NCBI GenBank assembly: GCA_965198225.1
Contig: CBDAOY010000005.1
Coordinates: 384,001-448,000 of the forward strand
From: Terriglobia bacterium
Lineage (GTDB): Bacteria > Acidobacteriota > Terriglobia > 20CM-2-55-15
Length of the DNA: 64,000 bases
Direction of reading: 5' to 3'
Part shown: in pieces, positions 37,287 through 46,178 of the stretch
Numbering within the stretch: position 1 is the stretch's first letter
How the letters are laid out: the number at the start of each line of letters is the position of its first letter
Notes under the pieces: generated by a model
The model's database searches: none
Seen by the model: the letters and a program-made list of their open reading frames with translations, nothing else
What the model was told of the DNA's origin: nothing
Made by a program: the position numbers and the translations under genes

Positions 37287-37954
37287 GCTTCTTTCCTTTC
37301 TGCCGTCACGAGTACTTCATCTCCACCTTCCGTTTCCAGAGCCGGAGCTTTCATACCGGCTGCCATGAAATGAACGATCTGTTGGATCGATCCTTCGACA
37401 TCGGAGGTGTCGCACACGCCATCGGTGGCCCGACAAATCCATTCGTGCTCGCGCAGGGTGTGCAACATCGCGCCGACCGCCATATGACCACGCCAGGCCC
37501 GCTCCTTTTCTGAGAGATGCGGCAGTGCCTTCCGACATGCGGCGGTAATCCGCCGGTAGAGGGTCTGGAAGAACTCATTGAAGAGCACCTCCATGTAACC
37601 CGTTTCCGAAGAAATGCGGCCGATCAGGCGCATGAAGCGAAAACCCTCCTCGCTGCCTCGGAGGCGCCACGCGGGTGCCACCAGGGCGTACATGATCTCT
37701 TCGATCGGCACCGGACCGTCGACGGCACGGCCCTCGGACTCGTCCAGAAGGGTCAGCCGTTCCCGGTTCAGCGGCTCGATCCGGCGGGCAAAGACAGCCC
37801 GGACGAGTTCCTCTTTCGACCCGAAATGATAGTGAATGGCCGCCGAGTTCACTCCCGCTTCGGCGATTATCTGCCGGAGCGCGACGGCTTTGATTCCGTG
37901 CTCCGCGAAGAGAGACTCGGCTGCGTCGAGAATCTGTTCTTTGGTATCTGCCAT
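37283..37954 (-). CDS. TetR/AcrR family regulator
   Basis: TKEQILDAAE.LFAEHG, AGVN.AAIHYHFGSKEEL. Confidence 0.93.
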   Translation of the reverse strand: MADTKEQILDAAESLFAEHGIKAVALRQIIAEAGVNSAAIHYHFGSKEELVRAVFARRIEPLNRERLTLLDESEGRAVDGPVPIEEIMYALVAPAWRLRGSEEGFRFMRLIGRISSETGYMEVLFNEFFQTLYRRITAACRKALPHLSEKERAWRGHMAVGAMLHTLREHEWICRATDGVCDTSDVEGSIQQIVHFMAAGMKAPALETEGGDEVLVTAERKEA

Positions 37955-37971
37955 AGGAAGATCGTAGCGAA

Positions 37972-38028
37972 TTAAAACAAACGATTCAATCATTTGATTC
38001 AACTAATCGCTTAAATCATTCGATTCGC
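37972..38028. promoter_or_regulatory. Putative TetR operator array
   Basis: Three imperfect palindromes: TTAAAACAAACGATTCAA (37972), TTCAATCATTTGATTCAA (37985), TTAAATCATTCGATTCGC (38011). Confidence 0.6.
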
Positions 38029-38231
38029 TTGGTTTGAGGAATTGAGAGGCCGTAAACGGCGCAGAGGTCTTTTCTTCTTGCGTACCTGAACCCGCGAGTT
38101 TTGATCGCCAAAGTTCGGCTTGGCCGATATTGTTTTTTTGACAGGCGGAGGGAGGTCAACGAGGAGCCCTTCGTCTCTTCTTCTGCAAATAAGACTCTGC
38201 GTCTCTGCGCCTAGAGAATCCTTCGTCAGCC

Positions 38232-39872
38232 CTACTGGTTGGAGCGGATCGGTCCCTTGATCAGTTCGGGGCGGGGGTCCTGCTGTGCCAGATCCCAGCT
38301 CATCTGATGCACGAGCCGGACAATCTTCTCCATCTTGGAATAGTTGATCCTCTCGGGACGGTCATTGGGGGTGTGGTAGTCGGGATGCAAACCGGTATGG
38401 AAGAAGAGCGCCGGGACGCCATTCTGGAGGAATGGCCACTGGTCGCTCCGCCGCATCAGGTTCGAGGTGTTGTTGTCGTAGCGCATCTTCAGTTCCAGCC
38501 CGATATTCTCGTTCGCGCTCTGGACCAGCTGCTTCATGTCGTCGCTGAAGGTCGTTCCGAGAATGTTGATGGCATTCGCGTTCGATTCGGCTGTCTGAAC
38601 CTCGAGGCCTCGGAAACGGCCGCCTCCTCCGATGGGAACCTCCTCGTTGCGGCCGATCATGTCCATGTTGAGGACAGCAACGGTGTCGTCGAGCGGAAGG
38701 ACCGGGCGCATGGTATACGCCCAGGCACCGAGCAGACCTCGCTCCTCGGAGTTCCAGGCCGCAAACATCACAGTGCGCCTGGGTCCCCGACCCGACCGTG
38801 CCGCGGCGGCATAGGCTTCGGCAACTTCGATCAGGCCAACCGTCCCCGAACCATCGTCGTCAGCGCCCGCAAAGATGCGATTCCCGTCCGCGCCGTTGTG
38901 ATCGTAGTGGGCGCAGACGATGACGACCTCATCCTTCATCTCAGGGTCGGAACCTTCGATCATCCCGATAACGTTCCGGTCCGGAATCGCGATCCGGTTG
39001 ATCGAAGTCGTCAGCTCGACCTCCGGGCCGGTGATCGGCACCGGAGTCACCCCGCCGGCTGTTTCCGACGACGCGGACAACTCCGCGAGCGTTCGGCTCC
39101 CGCGGCCCAGTAGCTGCCCGGCCAGAGCAGGTGAAATCTGGGCTGCTGGAATCCGGACCTTCTCCATCCAGTCCGCCAGCGTGTAACGGGGGAATCGCCG
39201 TTCCTGCCAGTAGTTCGCCGCGGCTCCCGCGAAGTTGCCGTCTTCGTGGTTGTGTACGTCGGCAACGAAGAGGATCGCCAGTGCTCCACGTTGCTGGGCC
39301 GAGAGGGCTTTGCGCAGGGAGTTCGACGCCTCAGCGCGGACCACACCATCAAACGGGCTGTCCGGATCACGCTCACCGGGCTCGTGGTCCACGACCAGGA
39401 CGATCTTCCCGGCGACGTCGTCCCCTCGCAGGTCGTCGTAGGAATGCTCGGGTGCAACGATCCCGAAACCCGCAAACACCATCGATCCGCGCACTCGACC
39501 GCTTCCGCTGAAGTTCAACGGGTAGTAGTCCTGCCCCGGCCGCAGCCGCTGAATCGCGTTGTCGCCGTCGAGAACCTGTAACAGGTTGTCCTCCCCCAGC
39601 GTCGAGGTCATCAAGTTGTAGGTGTGGAAGAAGGACTCTTCCGAGGCGGGCTTCAAGCCCATCCTGCGGAACCGGGACGCGATGTATTCGGCGGCCAGCC
39701 GGTTCTCGGGCGTATCGGTGCGACGCCCGTTCATGGCATCCGACGCGAGGAAGAACAAATCCGCGCGCAGGTCGTCCTCGGTGATCGAATCATTGAACGG
39801 CGCCGTGTCTGTCCCCTGAAAACCCACCAGAAACACGAGCGACAGCACCACGATGCTTAATCGTGCCTTCAT
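38232..39872 (-). CDS. Exported M28 family metallopeptidase with PA domain
   Basis: AHYDH, GADDDGSG, EERGLLG, NMDMIGR, RSD, HPDYH. Confidence 0.92.
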   Translation of the reverse strand: MKARLSIVVLSLVFLVGFQGTDTAPFNDSITEDDLRADLFFLASDAMNGRRTDTPENRLAAEYIASRFRRMGLKPASEESFFHTYNLMTSTLGEDNLLQVLDGDNAIQRLRPGQDYYPLNFSGSGRVRGSMVFAGFGIVAPEHSYDDLRGDDVAGKIVLVVDHEPGERDPDSPFDGVVRAEASNSLRKALSAQQRGALAILFVADVHNHEDGNFAGAAANYWQERRFPRYTLADWMEKVRIPAAQISPALAGQLLGRGSRTLAELSASSETAGGVTPVPITGPEVELTTSINRIAIPDRNVIGMIEGSDPEMKDEVVIVCAHYDHNGADGNRIFAGADDDGSGTVGLIEVAEAYAAAARSGRGPRRTVMFAAWNSEERGLLGAWAYTMRPVLPLDDTVAVLNMDMIGRNEEVPIGGGGRFRGLEVQTAESNANAINILGTTFSDDMKQLVQSANENIGLELKMRYDNNTSNLMRRSDQWPFLQNGVPALFFHTGLHPDYHTPNDRPERINYSKMEKIVRLVHQMSWDLAQQDPRPELIKGPIRSNQ

Positions 39873-39917
39873 GAGACCTCCTACCAGCGTCAGCACTCGC
39901 CCGTCAGGCTTCCTCCA

Positions 39918-39948
39918 ACTGACTACTGGCTACTGACTACCGACTACT
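39918..39948. repeat. 7-nt tandem repeat
   Basis: actgact actggct actgact accgact act. Confidence 0.75.
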
Positions 39949-39954
39949 ATTCCC

Positions 39955-41148
39955 TTACTGAAGCAGCGATTGTATCTTCTCTTCGATGGATTTTCGAGCG
40001 AATGGATTCGCGGTCCATCGGACCGCTTCGCGGTAGACCGCCAGGGCGATCTCTTTCTCACCCTCGGTCTCGTAGAACGGACCGATCAGGTAAGTGAGCG
40101 AGAAGGACGAGACCCGTGGCGTGGCGGCCGATAGCACGATCGAGGTGGTCAATCGAAGGTTCTCGCGGGAAGGGCCCCGAGCGAGCCGCTTGCGCAGGTC
40201 CTCGAAGAGCAGCGAGTAGGCGGGCGACAGGTCAGGGTGCACGGCCGCGAAGGCGTCCATGAAGGCAGTCAATCGTTCCGGTTCACCGTCCGGGTATACA
40301 GGTTCTTCCAGGTACGTTGCAGCGGTATCCAGAGTCGCGATGTCCAGGGCGACCCTTCGGATCGTCTCGGCATCGACAGCAAGCCGGTCGTAGCGAATCT
40401 GGTCCGGAGCGTCGCCAGCGCCGTGGTAGTCCTCGTGCGTCCCGTTCGTGAAGAAGAGGTACGGGATCTGCTGGGCCGCAAACGGGGCAAAATCACTTCT
40501 CGGACCGAGCAAATCCGTGCCTAGCAGAAGCATCTCCGGCGTCTGTCGGCCCTGGATGACCGATCGGAGTTCCGGCGAAAACTCCGTCCCGAAAACGACA
40601 AGGGTCCATTCCTCCAGGTCCCCAAAACTGCGACCCAACGTATCCAGGACCACGACTGCCGTCGCATTCTCGAGGGGATAGACCGGTTCCCGGGCGTAAT
40701 GCCGAGACCCGTTCAAGCCTCGCTCCTCATCGTCAAAGGCGATGAAAACGAAAGACCGGGAAGTGTTCGCTTCCTTCAACTCCCGGGCCAGTTCCAGCAG
40801 GACAGCCACACCGGCCGCGTTGTCGCTGGCTGAAGGGCGCCCCATACCCTGACCGTCATAGTGGGCTGCGATGATGACGTGCTCAAGCGCGCTGCCGGAG
40901 CGCGCCACGACGTTTCGCCGGCCGGGTCCGATATCCTGCATTTGTGCATCGAGACCCAGTTCTTCGAATCGATCCAGAAGATAGTCGGCGCTCTCGATCG
41001 CTCCGGGACTCTGTGACAGACGCCCGTCTCGAACCGGGTCCGCCAACCACTCCACCGTCATCTGGAGGCGATCGACGGAGATAGCCGAGACTGACAGGAG
41101 CGCGATGAGCAGCACGGAAAGGTTGGCGAATCTGCGAGATCTCATCAT
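39955..41148 (-). CDS. Exported M28 family metallopeptidase
   Basis: AHYD, ASDNAAG, EERGLNGS, RSDF, HEDYH. Confidence 0.9.
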   Translation of the reverse strand: MMRSRRFANLSVLLIALLSVSAISVDRLQMTVEWLADPVRDGRLSQSPGAIESADYLLDRFEELGLDAQMQDIGPGRRNVVARSGSALEHVIIAAHYDGQGMGRPSASDNAAGVAVLLELARELKEANTSRSFVFIAFDDEERGLNGSRHYAREPVYPLENATAVVVLDTLGRSFGDLEEWTLVVFGTEFSPELRSVIQGRQTPEMLLLGTDLLGPRSDFAPFAAQQIPYLFFTNGTHEDYHGAGDAPDQIRYDRLAVDAETIRRVALDIATLDTAATYLEEPVYPDGEPERLTAFMDAFAAVHPDLSPAYSLLFEDLRKRLARGPSRENLRLTTSIVLSAATPRVSSFSLTYLIGPFYETEGEKEIALAVYREAVRWTANPFARKSIEEKIQSLLQ

Positions 41149-41183
41149 CGTGATGTTTTAGACGGCGTGGAAGCCAGAAGGCA

Positions 41184-41726
41184 CTAGAACCCGAAAACGA
41201 TTCCGACGCTGGCTTCCACCAGATTCAGGCTCTGATCCTGGATACCTCTCACAGAATATCCACGAAGGTCGAAACGTGCCTCGATCGGACCAATCAAACC
41301 GACCTTCAATCCTCCGCCGTAGTTGAACGCGAACTTGTTTCCGAAAGCTCCCGGGCCATCGCCGCCGGCGCGGATACCGCCGAGACCCGCCGTCACGTAA
41401 GGCGTCACAGGGCCTGGCAGCAGGCTCGCGCGCAAGTTGACGTTGTAGATAAATGCGTTGGCCTGGCTGTCGATAAAGCTTGGGCTGTAGGCCACCGTGT
41501 ACTCCGCACCGACCGGCAGGTTCGAGCGGTAGAGACGCGCCCCGAAAACCCCGAAGTCTTTCGGGTCGGTCAGCAGTTGACCGGCGACGGAACCGATGGC
41601 TCCGGCCGACGGCTGAAGCGTAATCTTGCCTGGATGGTGGAAGCCGCCGAACAGGGTCAGGTCGCTCGCCTGTAAGGCGACGGGCATCAGGAACAGCAGC
41701 GCAAGAAAACGGCAGAAGTATTTCAT
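41184..41726 (-). CDS. Small outer-membrane beta-barrel protein
   Basis: Signal peptide, PYVTAGLG, FNYGGGLK, terminal Phe. Confidence 0.82.
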   Translation of the reverse strand: MKYFCRFLALLFLMPVALQASDLTLFGGFHHPGKITLQPSAGAIGSVAGQLLTDPKDFGVFGARLYRSNLPVGAEYTVAYSPSFIDSQANAFIYNVNLRASLLPGPVTPYVTAGLGGIRAGGDGPGAFGNKFAFNYGGGLKVGLIGPIEARFDLRGYSVRGIQDQSLNLVEASVGIVFGF

Positions 41727-41747
41727 CAAGAAATTATAATCAATCGA

Positions 41748-43523
41748 ATGGTTGATAACAGCGATCATGTTCCAGCGTCAGAGACCTCGAGCAAACGCAT
41801 GCTCAACTCAGGCACACCTGTCGTTCCGGCCGCGCAGCCTCGGAGTCGACCGCTCAGGCAAGCCCTCTTCATGCTAGCGCTACTCCTCCTGGCCCACCCT
41901 TCGTCGGCACAGGTCGGGGAAGCACGACAGGCGATGGCTGAAGGCGATTCTCTCCGCGCGGTCGAAATTCTGACGACGGCCCTCGAGGACGCTCCTACCC
42001 CGGACGTGTACCTTTACCTCGGGCTCGCACATGCGAACCTCGAGCAATACGACCAAGCTCTGGAAGTGTTCTCCGAGGCATCTCGCCGATATCCCGACGA
42101 CCCGCGCTTCCACAGCGAGACCGCGGGCGTCCACCTCGCCAACCGGGATGTGGCGCTGGCGCGAGAGGCGCTGACACGGGCGTTGGCCCTCGCACCGGAT
42201 GACGATTACGCGTCGGACCTGCTGGCCTCGATCAACCTGTCGGAAGGGGATGTGGAAGAAGCGCTCGACACCTGGAACCAAGCTGGCCGGCCTCGAATCG
42301 ACGAAGTCTTCCAGAATTTTTCTCCGGGCTTCCTCAACTGGGTCGTGCCGCGCTCACTCTCCTTCGCCGAGGGCGATGTCCTCGATTACGACCGGTGGCG
42401 GACAACCCAGGAGCGCCTGTACGCGACGAAGTTGTTCTCGAATGTCGGTCTGGAAATGGAACCCTCCTCCGTCCCCCAACTCTACAACGCGATCGTCCGC
42501 ACAACCCCCCGGGCCAACACGCGCGGAGACATCCTCCTCGATCTGGTTCGCGGGCTTCTTGTCGAGACAACGTACTTCGAGTTATGGGACGTGGGCCTGT
42601 CCGGGGTCAGCTGGAGGTCGAGCTATCGCTGGGACGAGGATCGGCGGCGGGCTCGCGGTCAACTGGTGGTGCCGCTCCCACTTCCCGGTGTTCCTGTACT
42701 GGACTTCACGAACACATGGAGGTCCGAACGCTGGGACATGTCGCAATCCGTACGAGAGGAGTTTCTTCCCGAGGCACGTTTCGATTACAAGGTAAATAGC
42801 GTGCGTCTTGGAATCCACGCGGTCCCCCACTACCGTGTCGAAGTGGGCGCCGGGCTGGAGTACCGGAATCGAGCGGCAGCCGGCACAATCGAACCGCTCG
42901 CGATGGACGCGCGCAATTCGGGCACACTTCAATTCGATGTCCGCGTTCGTCCGGTTGAGGGACGCTACAGCAGCCAACTGCGTTTTGAAGCCTTCCTCGC
43001 AAGGGAAGGCCTCCTCGGAGACTTCGACTTCGGCGGCGGCACGGCGCAAATAGCCAATCGATACGTGATTGATGAAGTATCCGACACCACCTTCGACTGG
43101 TCCGTGTCGGGAGGCACGTCGCGCGGTGAACTGCCCGTCGACAGCTACTTCATGATGGGCATCGGCCGCGGGAGCGCGCACCCGCTCCGCGGCCACGTCG
43201 TCTCCGACAGCGGGCGCTACGGTCGGGCTCCGATGGGAACGGACTTCGTCCTGATCAACACCGATATCGAACGAAGGCTGGTGACGGTTCCCCTCTTCAA
43301 TACCTTGAGCATCCCTTACTTGATGGTCAAGGCGATGGGCTTCTTCGATTCGGCCAAGGTGTTCGACCGCAACCGGATCTTCCGTCAGGGAGAGTGGATG
43401 AACGACGTCGGTGTCGGGATGCGGTTCGAAACGCCGACAGGGTCGTTCACGGTGTTGTACGGGCGGGACATCACCGACGGCGTCAACAACTTCTACGGCT
43501 ACGTCGAGCGACGCTTCTGGTAA
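41748..43523 (+). CDS. TPR repeats + POTRA-like region + Omp85/TamA-like beta-barrel
   Basis: TPR helices after a signal peptide (true start may be slightly downstream); RLYATKLFSNV; LRG loop; DVGVGMRFETPTG; terminal FW. Confidence 0.68.
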   Translation: MVDNSDHVPASETSSKRMLNSGTPVVPAAQPRSRPLRQALFMLALLLLAHPSSAQVGEARQAMAEGDSLRAVEILTTALEDAPTPDVYLYLGLAHANLEQYDQALEVFSEASRRYPDDPRFHSETAGVHLANRDVALAREALTRALALAPDDDYASDLLASINLSEGDVEEALDTWNQAGRPRIDEVFQNFSPGFLNWVVPRSLSFAEGDVLDYDRWRTTQERLYATKLFSNVGLEMEPSSVPQLYNAIVRTTPRANTRGDILLDLVRGLLVETTYFELWDVGLSGVSWRSSYRWDEDRRRARGQLVVPLPLPGVPVLDFTNTWRSERWDMSQSVREEFLPEARFDYKVNSVRLGIHAVPHYRVEVGAGLEYRNRAAAGTIEPLAMDARNSGTLQFDVRVRPVEGRYSSQLRFEAFLAREGLLGDFDFGGGTAQIANRYVIDEVSDTTFDWSVSGGTSRGELPVDSYFMMGIGRGSAHPLRGHVVSDSGRYGRAPMGTDFVLINTDIERRLVTVPLFNTLSIPYLMVKAMGFFDSAKVFDRNRIFRQGEWMNDVGVGMRFETPTGSFTVLYGRDITDGVNNFYGYVERRFW

Positions 43524-43559
43524 ACGTGTGGGACCGTTGCGAGATCTTGTCCAAAGGAG

Positions 43560-43585
43560 GTGTAGGTGCGGTCTTTGACCGCACA
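43560..43585 (+). repeat. Family A REP single arm
   Basis: gtgtaggtgcggtctttgaccgcac. Confidence 0.88.
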
Positions 43586-43627
43586 TTCTACTCGATCGAG
43601 GGAGGTGGCTGGGACCTCGTCCGACAG

Positions 43628-43777
43628 CTATTGCAGATTGGTCATTGGACGATTCCGCATTGGAAATTTGGAGATTGCGAATTGCTCGATTTCTTATTGG
43701 TCGGAAATCTAGAATGAAACAATCTCCAATGAGCAACCTGCAATGTGGATTCTTTCAAATATCGCAATTTGCGATAG
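43628..43777 (+). repeat. Family B element, full copy 3
   Basis: ctattgcagattg ... caatttgcgatag terminal inverted repeats; matches 3174..3315. Confidence 0.85.
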
Positions 43778-43848
43778 GTGTAGGTGCGGTCTTTGACCGC
43801 ACGTTCCTCGAGCCGAAACGATGTGCGCTCATAAGAGCGCACCTACAC
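43778..43848. repeat. Family A REP doublet
   Basis: gtgtaggtgcggtctttgaccgcac ... gtgcgctcataagagcgcacctacac. Confidence 0.9.
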
Positions 43849-43854
43849 CGGAAA

Positions 43855-44907
43855 CTACGGGTCCGGATCCCTCTGCTCCGCAAACCGCTCCCACGACGGC
43901 TCGGTTCCCAGAGCCAGGGTGACGATCCGCGCATAGCTTCGGATTCCACCTTCTACTCGATTGGCCTTGAGAAACAGGTCGAACGTTCGTGCCTGGATGT
44001 CGTTGACCCACTCGACGCGGTTGTCTCGCCTCCGCATGAACATCGCCTCCAGATCCTGTCTCGGCCCTTCGTCGAGCCACTCGTCCGTTTCTGCGGAGCG
44101 CAGGTAAAGCCAGAGGGTCAGCCAACCGCTGTACTGGAACGAGGGATCGTTCGAGTTGACGCAGGCCATCAGGGCGATGAAATTTGCATCCCCTTCGTTA
44201 GGGTAGCCGCGGACATGGGCAATCTCGTGCGCGACGGTCATCGGGCGCTCGAACCTCAGCAGGCCAGACGTCACCAGGGCCTCGTGTCCGAAGGGGTTGA
44301 ACATGCCGTCCACTCCGGCAGCTTTGAAGAACGGGTTCAGGAGCGCAGACGACTTCGGCAATCCGCTCGCCGTCCAGGAGACGCCGTCCAACTCCTCGAC
44401 GACCTGCGCGACTCGGGCGCCCGCAAGCGCACCGAGCTCCAGTTCGTCGAAGGCCTGTGCTTCCTTTGCCGGATAGAGCTGGTTCAGGTGGGACGCAGTT
44501 TTTGCGGTGAATCGGGCGACGTTCTCTTCAGTGACAAGTTCGTTGTTGAAATCGAGTTTCGAAACGAGAGGTGTGCGGTGGTAGTTCAAGCCCCAGGTCC
44601 AGAAGAAAATGAGGTAGCCAACCGCTGCCACCCCAAACAGTGTCCGTAACTTTCGATGGTAAAGAAGGTAGAGAACCAACGGGATGGCGAAGAGGATTAG
44701 CACGTCCAGCCACGACGCGGGCATTGAATTCGCAGCCAGGGCCATGGCTCTCGAGAGCAGCGGGTACAGACCGGTCGCGTACCAGCTCTCGACCAAACGT
44801 GCGGGAAACAAGCCGGCCCACGACGCGAGGAACGAGGTTAGGGCCAACAGGATCGACCAGATGGAGATCGGTTGCTGCAGTTTTATCTTGACCCGCTTGG
44901 ACAGCAT
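43855..44907 (-). CDS. DUF3810-like membrane zincin
   Basis: WGLNY.R, G.FNPF..EA, HEIAH..G...E..ANF. Confidence 0.82.
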   Translation of the reverse strand: MLSKRVKIKLQQPISIWSILLALTSFLASWAGLFPARLVESWYATGLYPLLSRAMALAANSMPASWLDVLILFAIPLVLYLLYHRKLRTLFGVAAVGYLIFFWTWGLNYHRTPLVSKLDFNNELVTEENVARFTAKTASHLNQLYPAKEAQAFDELELGALAGARVAQVVEELDGVSWTASGLPKSSALLNPFFKAAGVDGMFNPFGHEALVTSGLLRFERPMTVAHEIAHVRGYPNEGDANFIALMACVNSNDPSFQYSGWLTLWLYLRSAETDEWLDEGPRQDLEAMFMRRRDNRVEWVNDIQARTFDLFLKANRVEGGIRSYARIVTLALGTEPSWERFAEQRDPDP

Positions 44908-45014
44908 TTGCTACGATTCCGCTTTCTTGTTAGATAAGTCCTTACAAATCAATTGAATAAGGACGGCGCCTCGGGATTTACGCGCTGTTTGAGTTGAGTC
45001 GGTCATAAAAACCG

Positions 45015-45932
45015 ATGGCAAAGAATTTTTATACTCTCATTATCGTACCGAACGCGAGTTCCGGACTCCACAAGGTACGTATCCCGCTTTCCGTTCTCTA
45101 CGCCGTTTGCCTGCTTGCCCTGATCGGTGTCTTCACGGTTGTGGGGCTCGGTTTCAGCTATGCACGCATGGCGTTGAAGACCGCCGATCACGGCCAGCTT
45201 CAAACCTGGAACCATGACCTGAAGGTCGAGAACAAGAACCTGGAAGTCTCGACGCGGCAGCTCAACTCCAAGATCGAATCCCTGGAAGAAATCTCAGACC
45301 GGATACACGATCTGATGCGGAGCGATACCTGGAACGAGCGATTCGGGTTGCTCGACACGGGTGGCGTCGGAGGGGCGATCGAAGACTATCCGACGGCGGC
45401 GATGATCGCGAGCGTCAACGTGAGGGACAACATCGATCTGGTCCGTGATCGCACCTCGGAACTCGAGATCCAGTTGCGACTCGTCGAACAGGTAGCAGAA
45501 CGGCGCCTCGGAAAACTGACGCTCACGCCTTCGGCGTGGCCCGTCAGTGGCCCGATCCGGAGTTCCTACGGCCGGCGGCGGGATCCTTTTACGGGACAGG
45601 CGGAGATACATCAGGGGATGGATATCGGGGGCCTTTACGGCTCCGTCGTCCGGGCCCCGGCAAACGGACGAGTGGTCTATGCCCGTCGCAAATCGAGCTA
45701 CGGCAACTTGATCATGCTGGACCACGGTGGTGGTATAACGACCCGCTACGGACACCTTTCCCGGTTTGCTGTATCGGTCGGGGACCAGGTACAAAAGGGC
45801 GACCTCATCGGCTACGTCGGAAACACGGGCCGCAGCACCGGCCCCCATCTGCACTACGAGGTGCGGCTCAACGACAGAACAGTCAACCCACGGAATTATC
45901 TTCCTACAAAATCGGTACGGATTGCAGACTGA
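45015..45932 (+). CDS. M23 family peptidase with coiled coil
   Basis: H.GMD, YGHL, STGPHLHYEV. Confidence 0.93.
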   Translation: MAKNFYTLIIVPNASSGLHKVRIPLSVLYAVCLLALIGVFTVVGLGFSYARMALKTADHGQLQTWNHDLKVENKNLEVSTRQLNSKIESLEEISDRIHDLMRSDTWNERFGLLDTGGVGGAIEDYPTAAMIASVNVRDNIDLVRDRTSELEIQLRLVEQVAERRLGKLTLTPSAWPVSGPIRSSYGRRRDPFTGQAEIHQGMDIGGLYGSVVRAPANGRVVYARRKSSYGNLIMLDHGGGITTRYGHLSRFAVSVGDQVQKGDLIGYVGNTGRSTGPHLHYEVRLNDRTVNPRNYLPTKSVRIAD

Positions 45933-46178
45933 ACACCTCTACAGACCAACCTTATCTTCGCCTGAATTTCGCCCCGCTTTTCGCCAGACTCCTCTACCCA
46001 GTCAACAACCCGTCATCGAGCCACGTCGTTTCCGACGGATGGGCTCAAACGCCTGCCCCGGAAGGGTTTGAGCAAGATCGGAACCGCCGCCCAAACCCAT
46101 CCACGGGCTATTTCGACGCCGGTTGGAGTCGCTTGTATTCAGGTTTCCTTTACCCTAAACTTCAGACTCAGGCACTTT

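Noticed and set aside
43642-43949. Small ORFs over repeats (also 3149..3379 and 57741..58003)
   Set aside because: Their mutual similarity derives from the DNA repeats; no independent coding evidence.
45933-46178. SecM-like arrest-peptide uORF before secA
   Set aside because: No convincing ORF with RBS and signal peptide; only a modest hairpin.
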